From Patescibacteria group bacterium (GTDB lineage Bacteria > Patescibacteriota > Patescibacteriia > UBA9570): DNA of 64,000 nucleotides. The translations under genes were made by a program, and so were the position numbers. Position 1 is the stretch's first letter, and each line of letters opens with the position of its first letter. The notes under the pieces are model-generated. The model saw only the letters and a list, made by a program, of their open reading frames with translations, was not told where the DNA came from and ran no database searches. Below, one piece after another: positions 19,649 through 29,561 of this stretch. The stretch spans positions 276 through 64,275 of the forward strand of contig JAJRVJ010000024.1 in NCBI GenBank assembly GCA_024277435.1, written 5' to 3'.

Positions 19649-20302
19649 ATGAACACATTTTTTGATATCAGTATGCCGCTAGTTCCTAACATGGTTACAT
19701 GGCCTGGAGAACCCAGTCCTACTCGTGTTGTAAATGGAACCGTGATCACAGATGGTAATGGCTCAGAAACCTCTACGCTAACTATAGGATCACATACAGG
19801 AACGCACATTGATGCTCCTCGTCATTTTGTAGCTGATATGGAAGATGGGGTTGATAGTATTTCCTTAGAACATCTTAATGGCATGTGTCATGTGGTAGAA
19901 ATTCTAGGACCAGAACAACGCGACGAACACGTGATTACCGTTGAAGATCTAAAAAAGATCACTATTACACATCCTAAAATTATTTTTAAAACAGCTAATA
20001 GTAAGAGAAAACTACTAGATACCACTGAATTTGATGAATCATATGTCTGCCTAGGTACTAAGGCAGCTGAATATTTAGTTGAACAAGGCGTACATTTTGT
20101 TGGTGTAGATTATTTATCGGTTGAACGCAAAGGTAGCCCTGGACATCCAGTACATGTAACGCTATTAAAAAATCGCACCGTAATTTTAGAAGGTGCATAT
20201 GTGCAAGATGTACCACCTGGCGACTATTGGCTCACCGCCCTACCATTACGTTTAATTGGTAGCGATGGATCTCCAACTCGTGCTATACTACGATCTGTAT
20301 AA
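19649..20302 (+). CDS. cyclase-family protein / kynurenine formamidase-like hydrolase
   Basis: ...IGSHTGTHIDAPRHF... is the metal-binding motif of the putative-cyclase/arylformamidase family. Confidence 0.7.
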   Translation: MNTFFDISMPLVPNMVTWPGEPSPTRVVNGTVITDGNGSETSTLTIGSHTGTHIDAPRHFVADMEDGVDSISLEHLNGMCHVVEILGPEQRDEHVITVEDLKKITITHPKIIFKTANSKRKLLDTTEFDESYVCLGTKAAEYLVEQGVHFVGVDYLSVERKGSPGHPVHVTLLKNRTVILEGAYVQDVPPGDYWLTALPLRLIGSDGSPTRAILRSV

Positions 20303-20330
20303 TAGTAACTCTGTCTAATGAAAAACTGAT

Positions 20331-21314
20331 ATGACGCCAAAGAAATCAACTCAAGAATATGTACTGGGAATAGACTCAGGAGGCACAAAAACAGCGGCTG
20401 CCGTAGCTGATGCTAATGATGTACTTGGTCAAGGCGAAAACGGCCCTGGTAATATTGCCACAACCCCACCGGCCGACTTAATAAAACACCTACAGAAAGC
20501 TGTTGAAAAAGCCCTTCATCAGGCTAAGCTTCCGGCAACTACTAAATTCAAGTATATTGCCGTAGGAATGGCCGGAATAGACGATGAAAAAAACCAGCGT
20601 AAAGCTGAGCAAACGGTAAGCACTGCGCTGCGTAAATGGAAAACAAGTCGCACTACCCTAGCTGTACTGAACGATATTCACGTAGTGCGTCGTAGTGGAA
20701 CCGATTATCCATATGGAATTGCATTAATTGCTGGAACCGGATCTCATGGCCTAGGTATTAATCCGCAAGGTGAGGTAGCCCGAGTATCTGGAGTAGAATA
20801 CTTATTAGGTGATGAAGGTAGTGGATATGAGATGGGTGTAAAAGCATTGCGCGCAGCTATACGTAGCGCGGATGGTCGAATTCGAAAAACACATTTAGAA
20901 GAAGCTGTACTAGAATACTATACCGTAGATTCAGTGCGCGAACTTATTCCAGTAGTCTATAAAAATCCTGGTCGCAATAAAGCCCTTATCGCAGAACTCG
21001 CTAAGGTAGTAGAAGATGTAGCTGCCGATCATAATGATTGGCGCGCCAAACAAATTATTCAAGAAGGGCTTGATGAACTAGTGCTAGATGTTGCTACTTT
21101 AGTAAAACGACTAAAATTAAAAAATCTACCGTTCGATATAGTAGTGGCCGGTGGCATCTTTAAAATGAAACGCCTACCATTTCTACTTCGCTTTAAAAGA
21201 AATGTTAAACGCATAGCTCCAAAAGCTACCGTGGTAATGCCAAAGCGAGCTCCTGTGTGGGGTGCGGTTCGATTAGCGCAAGATCAGCTCCGTAAAAGTG
21301 ATGGGGCTCAATAA
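20331..21314 (+). CDS. BadF/BadG/BcrA/BcrD-type ATPase, N-acetylglucosamine kinase-like
   Basis: YVLGIDSGGTKTAAAV is the N-terminal phosphate-1 motif of the BadF/ROK-like sugar kinase fold, followed by LIAGTGS. Confidence 0.7.
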   Translation: MTPKKSTQEYVLGIDSGGTKTAAAVADANDVLGQGENGPGNIATTPPADLIKHLQKAVEKALHQAKLPATTKFKYIAVGMAGIDDEKNQRKAEQTVSTALRKWKTSRTTLAVLNDIHVVRRSGTDYPYGIALIAGTGSHGLGINPQGEVARVSGVEYLLGDEGSGYEMGVKALRAAIRSADGRIRKTHLEEAVLEYYTVDSVRELIPVVYKNPGRNKALIAELAKVVEDVAADHNDWRAKQIIQEGLDELVLDVATLVKRLKLKNLPFDIVVAGGIFKMKRLPFLLRFKRNVKRIAPKATVVMPKRAPVWGAVRLAQDQLRKSDGAQ

Positions 21315-22644
21315 TGCTATGAAATACATCCTAAATCTCACCTACCTCACTATTGTTCTTCTGCCAGCTGTGTTCTGGTGGGAAAATAAAAAAGAACTTT
21401 TTCAACTAGACCTTACTGTAGAAGTATACTTAAATTTATTTGGACAACTCGCTGGGCTCATTGGATTATCCATGATGTTTATGCAAATGGTAATTGCCGC
21501 CCGCAAGCACTGGATTGAGCGTTGGTATGGGCAAGATCGCCTCATGCGTTATCATCGCACCGCTGGACTAGTAACACTTCTTCTACTTCTCATTCATCCT
21601 AGTAGCTTCTATATTGCCTATTGGCTAGATAGCTATGAAGCATTCATGTCATTTCTATTACCATCGTTAGATTGGAAATCACTAGGAGTTGTATCATTAA
21701 ATTTACTTATTCTTACCATCATTCTTGCGTTATGGAGTGCTAAATTCAAAATAAAATATCACTGGTGGAAACGCATTCATTACATTACTTACCTCGCAAT
21801 GCTAGGCGGATATCTACATTCACTATTTCTGGGTTCAGATCTATTAATGGCTGGAAACATGCGTAATTATTGGTACTTCCTAGGAGGTATTGTAGTTCTG
21901 TCATTCCTCCATCTACGAATATGGAAACCATTGCTGGCAAAAATGCGTCCATATTCTATAGAATCAATTCGTAAAGAAGCAAATGGTGTACGCACTTTTA
22001 TCATTAATAAAAGTAACACGCATTCACTTAATTATGCGCCAGGCCAGTTTCTGTATATTAAATTTATCTCAAAAGATGTAACAACCGAATGGCATCCGTT
22101 CACTATTTCCAGCTCACCTACCGATGATACTCTTATGGTATCTATTAAAGCATCCGGTGATTGGACAAGCACTCTAGACTCAGTGATGCCTGGCGATCGA
22201 GTGCAACTCATGGCTCCATACGGAACATTCAATTTTGAACGACGCACAAGTAATACCGATATTGTATTTATCGCTGGCGGTATTGGTATCACCCCATTCC
22301 GTAGCATGCTACGCTATATTGCCGATAAAAAATTACCACATACCATACACTTACTGTATGGTAACCAAACGCGAGACGATATCGCTTTTCACGATGAACT
22401 TGATGCGCTAGACAAACAATTTGATGCTATTACTGTTACGCACGTACTTTCTAAGGATAAAACCTGGGATGGTGCAAAGGGACGCATTGATACACAGTGC
22501 CTAGAAAAATATGTGAGTGATATAGATAAAAAAGATTATTTTATCTGTGGACCCCCTGCAATGATGAAGGCTGTTAAACAAAGTTTGCGAGATTTAGGTG
22601 TTTCAAAAAATCAAATTCATACTGAAGAATTTTCTCTAAAATAA
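21298..22644 (+). CDS. ferric reductase / NADPH-oxidase (NOX/FRE) family flavocytochrome
   Basis: Six TM helices with paired His residues (heme ligands). The FAD motif HPFTISS and the NAD(P) motif GGIGITP (GxGxxP) follow. 448 aa. Confidence 0.75.
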   Translation: MMGLNNAMKYILNLTYLTIVLLPAVFWWENKKELFQLDLTVEVYLNLFGQLAGLIGLSMMFMQMVIAARKHWIERWYGQDRLMRYHRTAGLVTLLLLLIHPSSFYIAYWLDSYEAFMSFLLPSLDWKSLGVVSLNLLILTIILALWSAKFKIKYHWWKRIHYITYLAMLGGYLHSLFLGSDLLMAGNMRNYWYFLGGIVVLSFLHLRIWKPLLAKMRPYSIESIRKEANGVRTFIINKSNTHSLNYAPGQFLYIKFISKDVTTEWHPFTISSSPTDDTLMVSIKASGDWTSTLDSVMPGDRVQLMAPYGTFNFERRTSNTDIVFIAGGIGITPFRSMLRYIADKKLPHTIHLLYGNQTRDDIAFHDELDALDKQFDAITVTHVLSKDKTWDGAKGRIDTQCLEKYVSDIDKKDYFICGPPAMMKAVKQSLRDLGVSKNQIHTEEFSLK

Positions 22645-23048
22645 TGGGCAAACATCACGACCAACACGGCATCATTAAACTACTAAAAGAACGCGGTGAA
22701 CGCATCACACAGCCACGCGTACAGGTGATTGAATATTTATGCGATCATGATACTCCGGTAAGTGTGAAAAACCTGGAAAAAGCTTTGCCAAAAATTAACA
22801 TGGTAACGCTCTATCGTATTCTTGAGTATCTTGTTGAACACGACGTAGTAAAAGAACTTACACATGATCCCAAAGAAAAGTATTTTGAAATTGCTGACCC
22901 CTACCACGACCATCATCATCATATGATTTGTCGACGCTGTAACAAAATTCGCGATATTGACTGCAAAGTAGAAGTGCCCATTGTAAGAGACTTTATACCA
23001 GAAATGCATGTTGTTACCATATATGGACATTGCAAAAAATGTACGTAA
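22644..23048 (+). CDS. fur: Fur-family metal-responsive transcriptional regulator
   Basis: Winged-helix N-terminal part (ITQPRVQVIEYL), an HHHH box, and a CRRC...CKKC structural zinc site. Start overlaps the upstream stop (TAATG). Confidence 0.85.
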   Translation: MGKHHDQHGIIKLLKERGERITQPRVQVIEYLCDHDTPVSVKNLEKALPKINMVTLYRILEYLVEHDVVKELTHDPKEKYFEIADPYHDHHHHMICRRCNKIRDIDCKVEVPIVRDFIPEMHVVTIYGHCKKCT

Positions 23049-23450
23049 TTGATACAGTCAATACATACTATTCATTATCATATCTTTATGACAGAACGCG
23101 AACATAACATAGATCCGGAAGCTCAGCAGGTCAAAACTACACCTACTACACCCACAGCAACAGTAGTGCCAAAATCTGAAGGAGAACTAAGTAGCGGAGC
23201 AACCGCTGGTATCGCTACTGGAATTGGTGTTGGTAACGTATGTTGTGGTCCAATGTGCTACTGCATGCCATCGTTAGCATCAACTATTGTTGGTGTAATA
23301 CTCTATTTTGTATGGAAAGATAAAAAGCCTAAAACAGCTAAAACCATCCTAATAGTAACACTGATTACTGCTGGAATAGCTTTATTTAGCATGGGCGTAC
23401 TCTTCATGCTTGGCATGGCTGGCGCAATACTTGATAGCACTAATTACTAG
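23049..23450 (+). CDS. small Cys-cluster membrane protein (hypothetical)
   Basis: GNVCCGPMCYCMPSL Cys cluster followed by two TM helices. Abuts the fur stop. An alternative start MTEREHN exists at about 23091. Confidence 0.4.
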   Translation: MIQSIHTIHYHIFMTEREHNIDPEAQQVKTTPTTPTATVVPKSEGELSSGATAGIATGIGVGNVCCGPMCYCMPSLASTIVGVILYFVWKDKKPKTAKTILIVTLITAGIALFSMGVLFMLGMAGAILDSTNY

Positions 23451-23456
23451 TACAGC

Positions 23457-23807
23457 GTGAAGCCATTACATCATTACGTATGGATCTGTCATCGCAGACC
23501 AGATCGTTCATTTTTTTACCATGGAACCCAATACCCAGTATGCTCACGTTGCACAGGAACATGGCTTGGATATGGTATTGGAGTACTTATCATACTATTC
23601 TGGATAGCACCTATATGGATGGGATTACTATTAAGTATCCCTGCGGTAATTGATGGCGGTACACAATTTTTTCGTTGGCGATCTAGTAATAATCGCTTAC
23701 GATTAATCACCGGAACACTCCTTGGCGTATCTGAAGTAATACTATTTACACACATAGCCATCTGGGCAACACAAGCCGGATATTATATTGGCACCCTAGT
23801 GCGGTAA
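23457..23807 (+). CDS. DUF2085-like membrane protein (hypothetical)
   Basis: CHRRPDRSF...PVCSRCTGTWLGY followed by TM helices resembles the conserved CxRCTG motif of the DUF2085 family. Confidence 0.4.
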   Translation: MKPLHHYVWICHRRPDRSFFYHGTQYPVCSRCTGTWLGYGIGVLIILFWIAPIWMGLLLSIPAVIDGGTQFFRWRSSNNRLRLITGTLLGVSEVILFTHIAIWATQAGYYIGTLVR

Positions 23808-24578
23808 TGAACCTCCAAAAATTTCCCAGGTCGTAAGACAAATATCAATAAATAGTGCGAAAAATACAAGTAGTAATTCAATATGCAATCCCTCTCGCTC
23901 AGTAATAAGCGATAATACAAATTGCATCTCTTCTGTTGCAGTATCCCATTTTGAATTAACAAGTTTTATTCTACTACTCACCTCAAGATCCTCGTGAAGA
24001 TCCTTATATAGTCGCTCTATACGATCATTTTCCCAAACATCATCTGGAGTTTCTTCAAATCCAAATTCATAAAATGAATGAGCGCGATCACGTAATACTT
24101 GCCCCAATTGCATCATTAAACGCTTGCGCTTCATTTTTAGCTTCCCCGTTTTCTCAATTGGACGCAATATTCGATTAAGATCATATAACTGAACATCCAC
24201 CTCACCTTCCATACGCTCCAATACAACTGATTGTGCAAATGGATACGATAATGATACAACATCTCCAATAGAGATTTCTTCTAAACTGACATAATCGTAA
24301 CGAATTTTATCCTCTTTTCCCATCTCTAATCGAGCCTCTTGAGTAATTTGAGAATCAAACGGGCTTTTTACATACTTTTCTATACTCTTTAAAAATGCTC
24401 CTTGCTTTACTAATGGCACATTCCAAAATACAACAACCCCAAACCTAAAGACTACCGCATAACTTGCGCTACCATATTTATATACCAATACACTACCGTC
24501 GCGCTCAGCATCCGGCAGCATTGTATCGCGCAATTCTCGTGTATAGATTCGTAATGATATGGCTCGTGCGTAAATCAT
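23796..24578 (-). CDS. RMD1/DUF155-family protein
   Basis: ...YAVVFRFGVVVFWNV... matches the conserved F-x-Y/F-G-x-V-V-F-W-N core of the DUF155 (Rmd1/Sif2) family. C-terminal TM helix. Confidence 0.6.
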   Translation of the reverse strand: MIYARAISLRIYTRELRDTMLPDAERDGSVLVYKYGSASYAVVFRFGVVVFWNVPLVKQGAFLKSIEKYVKSPFDSQITQEARLEMGKEDKIRYDYVSLEEISIGDVVSLSYPFAQSVVLERMEGEVDVQLYDLNRILRPIEKTGKLKMKRKRLMMQLGQVLRDRAHSFYEFGFEETPDDVWENDRIERLYKDLHEDLEVSSRIKLVNSKWDTATEEMQFVLSLITEREGLHIELLLVFFALFIDICLTTWEIFGGSLPH

Positions 24579-24681
24579 ATACCTCCTTATAAATATTCAA
24601 AGCCTATTACTAGGTGCTTAAGTATACAAATCACTATTTAATTATGCAAGCCTTGTTGAACACATATGATGTTCATGGCAT

Positions 24682-25758
24682 TTAGCACTGACGCAGAGCC
24701 CATTTTGCATGATCACGAATAAGCTCGTCATCATCACTTGCCAATAACTCTAAGCTTGGCACAGCCTCTCTACTTCCCCAGTTACCTAGCGCAACTGCTA
24801 CGTTACGTAATAAGCCACGTCGTTTCGATCGCATAATTGGAGTACCTTTAAATCGCTCAAAAAAATCCTCTTCTGTAAGTTGCGCTAAATCAATTAGCTT
24901 TGGCGCCTGTCGTTCAAGATCTGCCTCAAGAAAATCTGATTGATGTGATTTTGATTTTTTCGTACTATTCCACGGACATACTTCCTGACAAATATCACAA
25001 CCGTAAATACGATTTTTCATTAACGGGCGAATCTCTTCTGGAATGGATGATTTATTTTCAATAGTTAAATACGAAATACATTTCCTCGCATCAATAACAT
25101 AAGGTTGTATAATTGCCTTTGTTGGACACATATCAATACATTTAGTGCATGTACGACATCCACCCGAACTAGTTACACCATCTGGTGTTGTACGCATTCG
25201 TCCAGCATATATTGGTTCACACTCTTGATCTATTACTATTTCCGATAAAAACAGATACGATCCTAATGCAGAATTAATAAGCATAGAGTTCTTCCCAATA
25301 AATCCTAAACCAGCACGCTGTGCTAATGTGCGCTCTAATATAGGACCAGTATCAACATACGCTTTTGCTTCAATAGAATAACCCATTTCTTCTTCAATAC
25401 GTTTAATAATGCCGATTAATTTCTTTTTAATAATCTTATGATAATCACGACCCCATGCATAACGTGCAAAAATACCCCTTGATGAGTCATTAAGTACGCC
25501 TTCAGGTAAATCCTCTGTATAATATGAATACGCTAATGTAATAACGCTTTTTGCAGACGGCATAATAGTACGTACATCCATACGCTTCTCTTTTCGCCCG
25601 TCACTATGTATCCACTCCATAGACCCATAATACTCATGCTCCACCCAATCGGCATAATGATTAAATGTAAGAGTTGGCTCGGCTAACATAATGCCAACCA
25701 AACTAAAGCCAAATTCCTGTTTAGCGATAGTAGAAATTGTTTGTGATAGAGAAGACAT
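24682..25758 (-). CDS. queG: epoxyqueuosine reductase
   Basis: GLGFIGKNSMLI, two 4Fe-4S ferredoxin motifs (CRTCTKCIDMCP and CDICQEVCP) and a C-terminal HEAT-like tail, as in QueG. Confidence 0.88.
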   Translation of the reverse strand: MSSLSQTISTIAKQEFGFSLVGIMLAEPTLTFNHYADWVEHEYYGSMEWIHSDGRKEKRMDVRTIMPSAKSVITLAYSYYTEDLPEGVLNDSSRGIFARYAWGRDYHKIIKKKLIGIIKRIEEEMGYSIEAKAYVDTGPILERTLAQRAGLGFIGKNSMLINSALGSYLFLSEIVIDQECEPIYAGRMRTTPDGVTSSGGCRTCTKCIDMCPTKAIIQPYVIDARKCISYLTIENKSSIPEEIRPLMKNRIYGCDICQEVCPWNSTKKSKSHQSDFLEADLERQAPKLIDLAQLTEEDFFERFKGTPIMRSKRRGLLRNVAVALGNWGSREAVPSLELLASDDDELIRDHAKWALRQC

Positions 25759-25779
25759 TATTTGTTATAATACCACAAG

Positions 25780-26727
25780 ATGAAATCTTTTACGTTACAA
25801 TCTACACACATTACAACATTCCGTAGAAAACTTTTATTGTGGTATAGAACTAATGGCCGAGATTTACCTTGGCGAAAAACCCATGATCCGTATAAAATAC
25901 TCGTCTCAGAAATTATGTTACAACAAACCCAGGTAGATCGAGTTAAAGAAAAATACCACTCATGGCTTACACGCTTCCCCACTGTGCAAGATCTTGCAAA
26001 AACCTCCCCTAAGGCTGTATTGCTAGAGTGGTCTGGCTTAGGATATAACCGCAGAGCGTTATCGCTTCATACAGCAGCACAACAAATAGTGAATGACTAT
26101 AATGGTATATTCCCAAATACTGTAGAAGAACTGATGAAACTGAAGGGTGTGGGGCGCTATACTGCCAGCGCAATAGCATCTTTCGCTTTTCACAAACCAA
26201 CACCAATCGTAGATACTAATGTAAAACGAGTACTTGGGAGAATGTTCCTTGGTTATAAAACTCTAGCTCGTTACATTGATACCGATGAACCATTTTGGGT
26301 GCTGAAGGAACGCATACTGCCGAAGAGTAAAAACGCCTACGACTTCAATCAAGGCATCATGGATTTTGGCGCGATGACCTGTACCGCTCGTCAACCAAAG
26401 TGCGGTGAGTGCCCAATGCAAAAAATATGCAAATCATATCCAGGCATTCTGAAGGCAGATAATGAACTACTTCGGGTAAAGAAAAAACGCAAAGAACCAC
26501 TATATTATGGCAAACCTCGCAGAATATGGCGCGGTAATATTCTTACGCTCCTAAAAGGAGTTAATACATCACTTACTGTATTATATATTGGAAAACATAT
26601 TCAAGCGGATTGGGATGCAACAAGAACAAAGTGGCTAAAAGAAATACTTAACACTCTTGAGAAAGACAATATGATTGATATTCAGAAAAAAACTGACGAT
26701 AACTGGCTAGTAAGGCTTCCGAAATAA
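25780..26727 (+). CDS. mutY: A/G-specific adenine DNA glycosylase (HhH-GPD, 4Fe-4S), MutY-like
   Basis: LLLWYRTNGRDLPWRKTHDPYKILVSEIMLQQTQVDRV, the HhH motif LKGVGRYTASAI, and the Cys cluster C..ARQPKCGECPMQKIC. Short for MutY, so the NUDIX-like C-terminal domain may be reduced. Confidence 0.8.
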   Translation: MKSFTLQSTHITTFRRKLLLWYRTNGRDLPWRKTHDPYKILVSEIMLQQTQVDRVKEKYHSWLTRFPTVQDLAKTSPKAVLLEWSGLGYNRRALSLHTAAQQIVNDYNGIFPNTVEELMKLKGVGRYTASAIASFAFHKPTPIVDTNVKRVLGRMFLGYKTLARYIDTDEPFWVLKERILPKSKNAYDFNQGIMDFGAMTCTARQPKCGECPMQKICKSYPGILKADNELLRVKKKRKEPLYYGKPRRIWRGNILTLLKGVNTSLTVLYIGKHIQADWDATRTKWLKEILNTLEKDNMIDIQKKTDDNWLVRLPK

Positions 26728-26734
26728 AAGCCAA

Positions 26735-29206
26735 TTAATCGCAACTTGCCCAATGATCGGTTAGGGGCACATTTCCATCATTATCAGAAACGGAATAAGC
26801 ACGTTGTGTACAACCACTTTGACCATCAATACCTTCAACTCTTACTTGATAGTATCCTGGGCTCATTAAGCCAAATGGAATTTCAACACTAATTTCTGTA
26901 CTGGAATTTACATACGTAGCATTAGCTTTGTACGATCCAAAATATGCCACTGCACCGTACTCAAAGTTTTTACCAAAAATCTGTAAGGCTTTCGTATCAC
27001 TGCTGCTACCAGCTACTTTATTACTAGCTGGGCTCACACTACTTACTTCAGGGCCAGGCTCTGTATATGGAATAGCGTCTTTCTTTGTGAGATTAATCTT
27101 ACGGATTAAATCGTTTTGACTATCTGATACCAGTAACCGATTCCCTTTACGTACAATACCAACTGGTTGATCAAATTGTGCGTTATCACGATCTCCATTT
27201 ACATATCCACGATTACCTTCACCAGCTACAAGCTTCACTGCCTCATCACTCATATCCACTACACGTACACGATGCGTTCCAGATTCTGAAAAGAATATAT
27301 TTCCTTTATTATAATATACCTCAACCGGAAGATTAAGAATTGCATCCTCTAAACGACCATCTAAATACCCTGCACGGTTATCGCTACCTACTACTGTGGT
27401 CACCTTACCATCTCGAATACGAACCTTACGAATTGCGTGATTATTACGATCAGCTACATAAAGAAACTTACTATTCTTATCGATATCGATAGAAATAGGA
27501 ACGTTAAACTTAGCTGACTTTCTTTTACCATTGCTAAATCCTTTACTGCCCGGCTTACCAGCAATTAACTTTGTTTTACCTTTATTACTACCCTTTAACT
27601 TAACGCGCCGGATAACCTGATTACCGGTATCAGCCACATACGCATACTTACCTTTTTTATCTACAGTAATTCCCGCTGGCCTACTAAAGTAGGCGCAACC
27701 ACTTACATTAAAATCAAACTGACTTTTACAAGCCTTACCCTCTCTATAACCATTATCCGCGCCACCGCCAGCATTTACACCACCAGAACCTGTAAGATAA
27801 TATACTTTTTTATTCTTAATATCTATCTCACGAATACGATGATTATTACGATCCACTACATATAATTTTTTTTCATTTGGAGACAAATCAAGTTCCATCG
27901 GATCAGAAAATCTTCCGTCTTTACCCTTCCACCCTTTTTCATCATGCTTCTGATAATTATCCACGGTATTACCAACAATATCTTTCACGCGCTTTTTGCC
28001 TGTAGCAATCATACGTACCCGATTATTTTCGGTTAGGTAGATTTTGCTTTTATTTTTTGTGATAACTAAATCCTTTGGTCGACCGGGTAAACCACCTATG
28101 CCGCTCGTGCTATGAAAACGATCTTTACCAGCCCATTTTGTATAATCAGTTGCATCATTAATATTTACCTTATAAATCTTACTAATGCCTGTAACCAGCA
28201 AATAGAGATGATTGCCATAACGCGTTACTGCCCGAGGAAATGGAATATCTAATCCGTCTCCACTGCTAATAAATAAATACACTTCGCAGCCAGACACAGC
28301 AATAGCACCTTCTTCGGTAGTCTCTGGTACATTAGAGCCATCTAAATCTACTACACGAATTTTACCGTTATCGGCTGTATTCGTGATATAGGTATCTGGA
28401 TTTTCATCATTACCTGGGTCACCAGTTGCATCGGTAATATACAAATCATCCTCGCTTAAACTACTTCCCTCAACTACCGTAATACCCCACGGGCGATTAA
28501 GGCGAGCGGAAGAGCACGATCCATTATTTTTACCTTGATCTCCAGCCATACCTGCTACAACCGTTTTTGCTCCATTACTAAGTTTAACGCGAACAATAGT
28601 ATAACTACCTGCATTTACAACATAGGCATATTCACCATCTGTTCGTACATACAATTTCTTTGGTCCATTCAAACTTGATGTAATTTTAATCTTATTACTA
28701 CCATCTCTATTTACACGATATAAATCCCCAGCTCCGGAATCGGTAAAATATACTTTATTATCTCGCACAAACACACCCTCTGGTCGTTCAAGATCACTTA
28801 CTAACGTAGTTGTTTTACTACCATTGTATTTCTTAATTTTTCCATTAGCTGCATCAGCTATATATACATTTCCATCGCTATCGGTAGCAACATCTGTAGG
28901 ATGTCCTAAACGCGTATTCGATCCCTTACCATTAAGATCACCAAAGCTACCATTGCCTACAACAGTAGATACCTTGCCGTTTGAATTAATTTTACGAATA
29001 ACATTATTAAAGGTATCGGCAATATAAAAATTACCTTTTCCATCGGAATGTAATCCTTGTGGAAAATCAAAAAACGCCTCGGTTCTAGTACCACCATCAC
29101 CAGCGCGTTGTTTACCTACATAATTAGATGTGTCTCCAAAGGCCGCGAATACTGCAGCTGGAATAAATAGCGCCAAAATGGCTAGTAGAATATAGTTTTT
29201 TTTCAT
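26735..29206 (-). CDS. secreted NHL-repeat beta-propeller protein with a C-terminal Ig-like (IPT/TIG-like) domain
   Basis: Signal peptide MKKNYILLAILALFIPAAVFA. Many repeats of ...G.F..P.G...D..GN.YVAD..N..IR (the NHL pattern). 823 aa. Confidence 0.7.
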   Translation of the reverse strand: MKKNYILLAILALFIPAAVFAAFGDTSNYVGKQRAGDGGTRTEAFFDFPQGLHSDGKGNFYIADTFNNVIRKINSNGKVSTVVGNGSFGDLNGKGSNTRLGHPTDVATDSDGNVYIADAANGKIKKYNGSKTTTLVSDLERPEGVFVRDNKVYFTDSGAGDLYRVNRDGSNKIKITSSLNGPKKLYVRTDGEYAYVVNAGSYTIVRVKLSNGAKTVVAGMAGDQGKNNGSCSSARLNRPWGITVVEGSSLSEDDLYITDATGDPGNDENPDTYITNTADNGKIRVVDLDGSNVPETTEEGAIAVSGCEVYLFISSGDGLDIPFPRAVTRYGNHLYLLVTGISKIYKVNINDATDYTKWAGKDRFHSTSGIGGLPGRPKDLVITKNKSKIYLTENNRVRMIATGKKRVKDIVGNTVDNYQKHDEKGWKGKDGRFSDPMELDLSPNEKKLYVVDRNNHRIREIDIKNKKVYYLTGSGGVNAGGGADNGYREGKACKSQFDFNVSGCAYFSRPAGITVDKKGKYAYVADTGNQVIRRVKLKGSNKGKTKLIAGKPGSKGFSNGKRKSAKFNVPISIDIDKNSKFLYVADRNNHAIRKVRIRDGKVTTVVGSDNRAGYLDGRLEDAILNLPVEVYYNKGNIFFSESGTHRVRVVDMSDEAVKLVAGEGNRGYVNGDRDNAQFDQPVGIVRKGNRLLVSDSQNDLIRKINLTKKDAIPYTEPGPEVSSVSPASNKVAGSSSDTKALQIFGKNFEYGAVAYFGSYKANATYVNSSTEISVEIPFGLMSPGYYQVRVEGIDGQSGCTQRAYSVSDNDGNVPLTDHWASCD

Positions 29207-29355
29207 AGATATGCATTATAGCATATTCTAAGACCTCACCCATAATCTCGACCCATCCCCTTACAGGAGAGGGATTATTGACGCATATTCCCCGTCTCCT
29301 GAAAGGAGAAGGGGTTAGGGGAAAAGGTCGAGACTAGGGATTGGGTGAGGTTTTT

Positions 29356-29411
29356 TTAGAAAAGCAAAAGGCCCGTGAACCTTAATGGTGGAATACACCA
29401 GTTCACGGGCC
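29356..29411 (-). terminator. intrinsic terminator for the GC-rich island transcript (minus strand)
   Basis: Perfect 11-bp stem ggcccgtgaac / gttcacgggcc (29370-29380 / 29401-29411) with a 20-nt loop. An A-run lies on the plus strand just before it, so a U-run follows the hairpin on the minus-strand RNA. Confidence 0.5.
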
Positions 29412-29561
29412 AGATTGTTTGCCGCCGACTCCCGCTGCAAGAGCAAGGCCGGTCAGGCTGGGACCGCGTTTACGCGACCCCACGGGGTTTGGGTTGGGAG
29501 CTCTACTCAGCTCAACCAACCGATGTGCGTTTTACTTCCGGGAGGTAGCCGGAAGGGGGCT

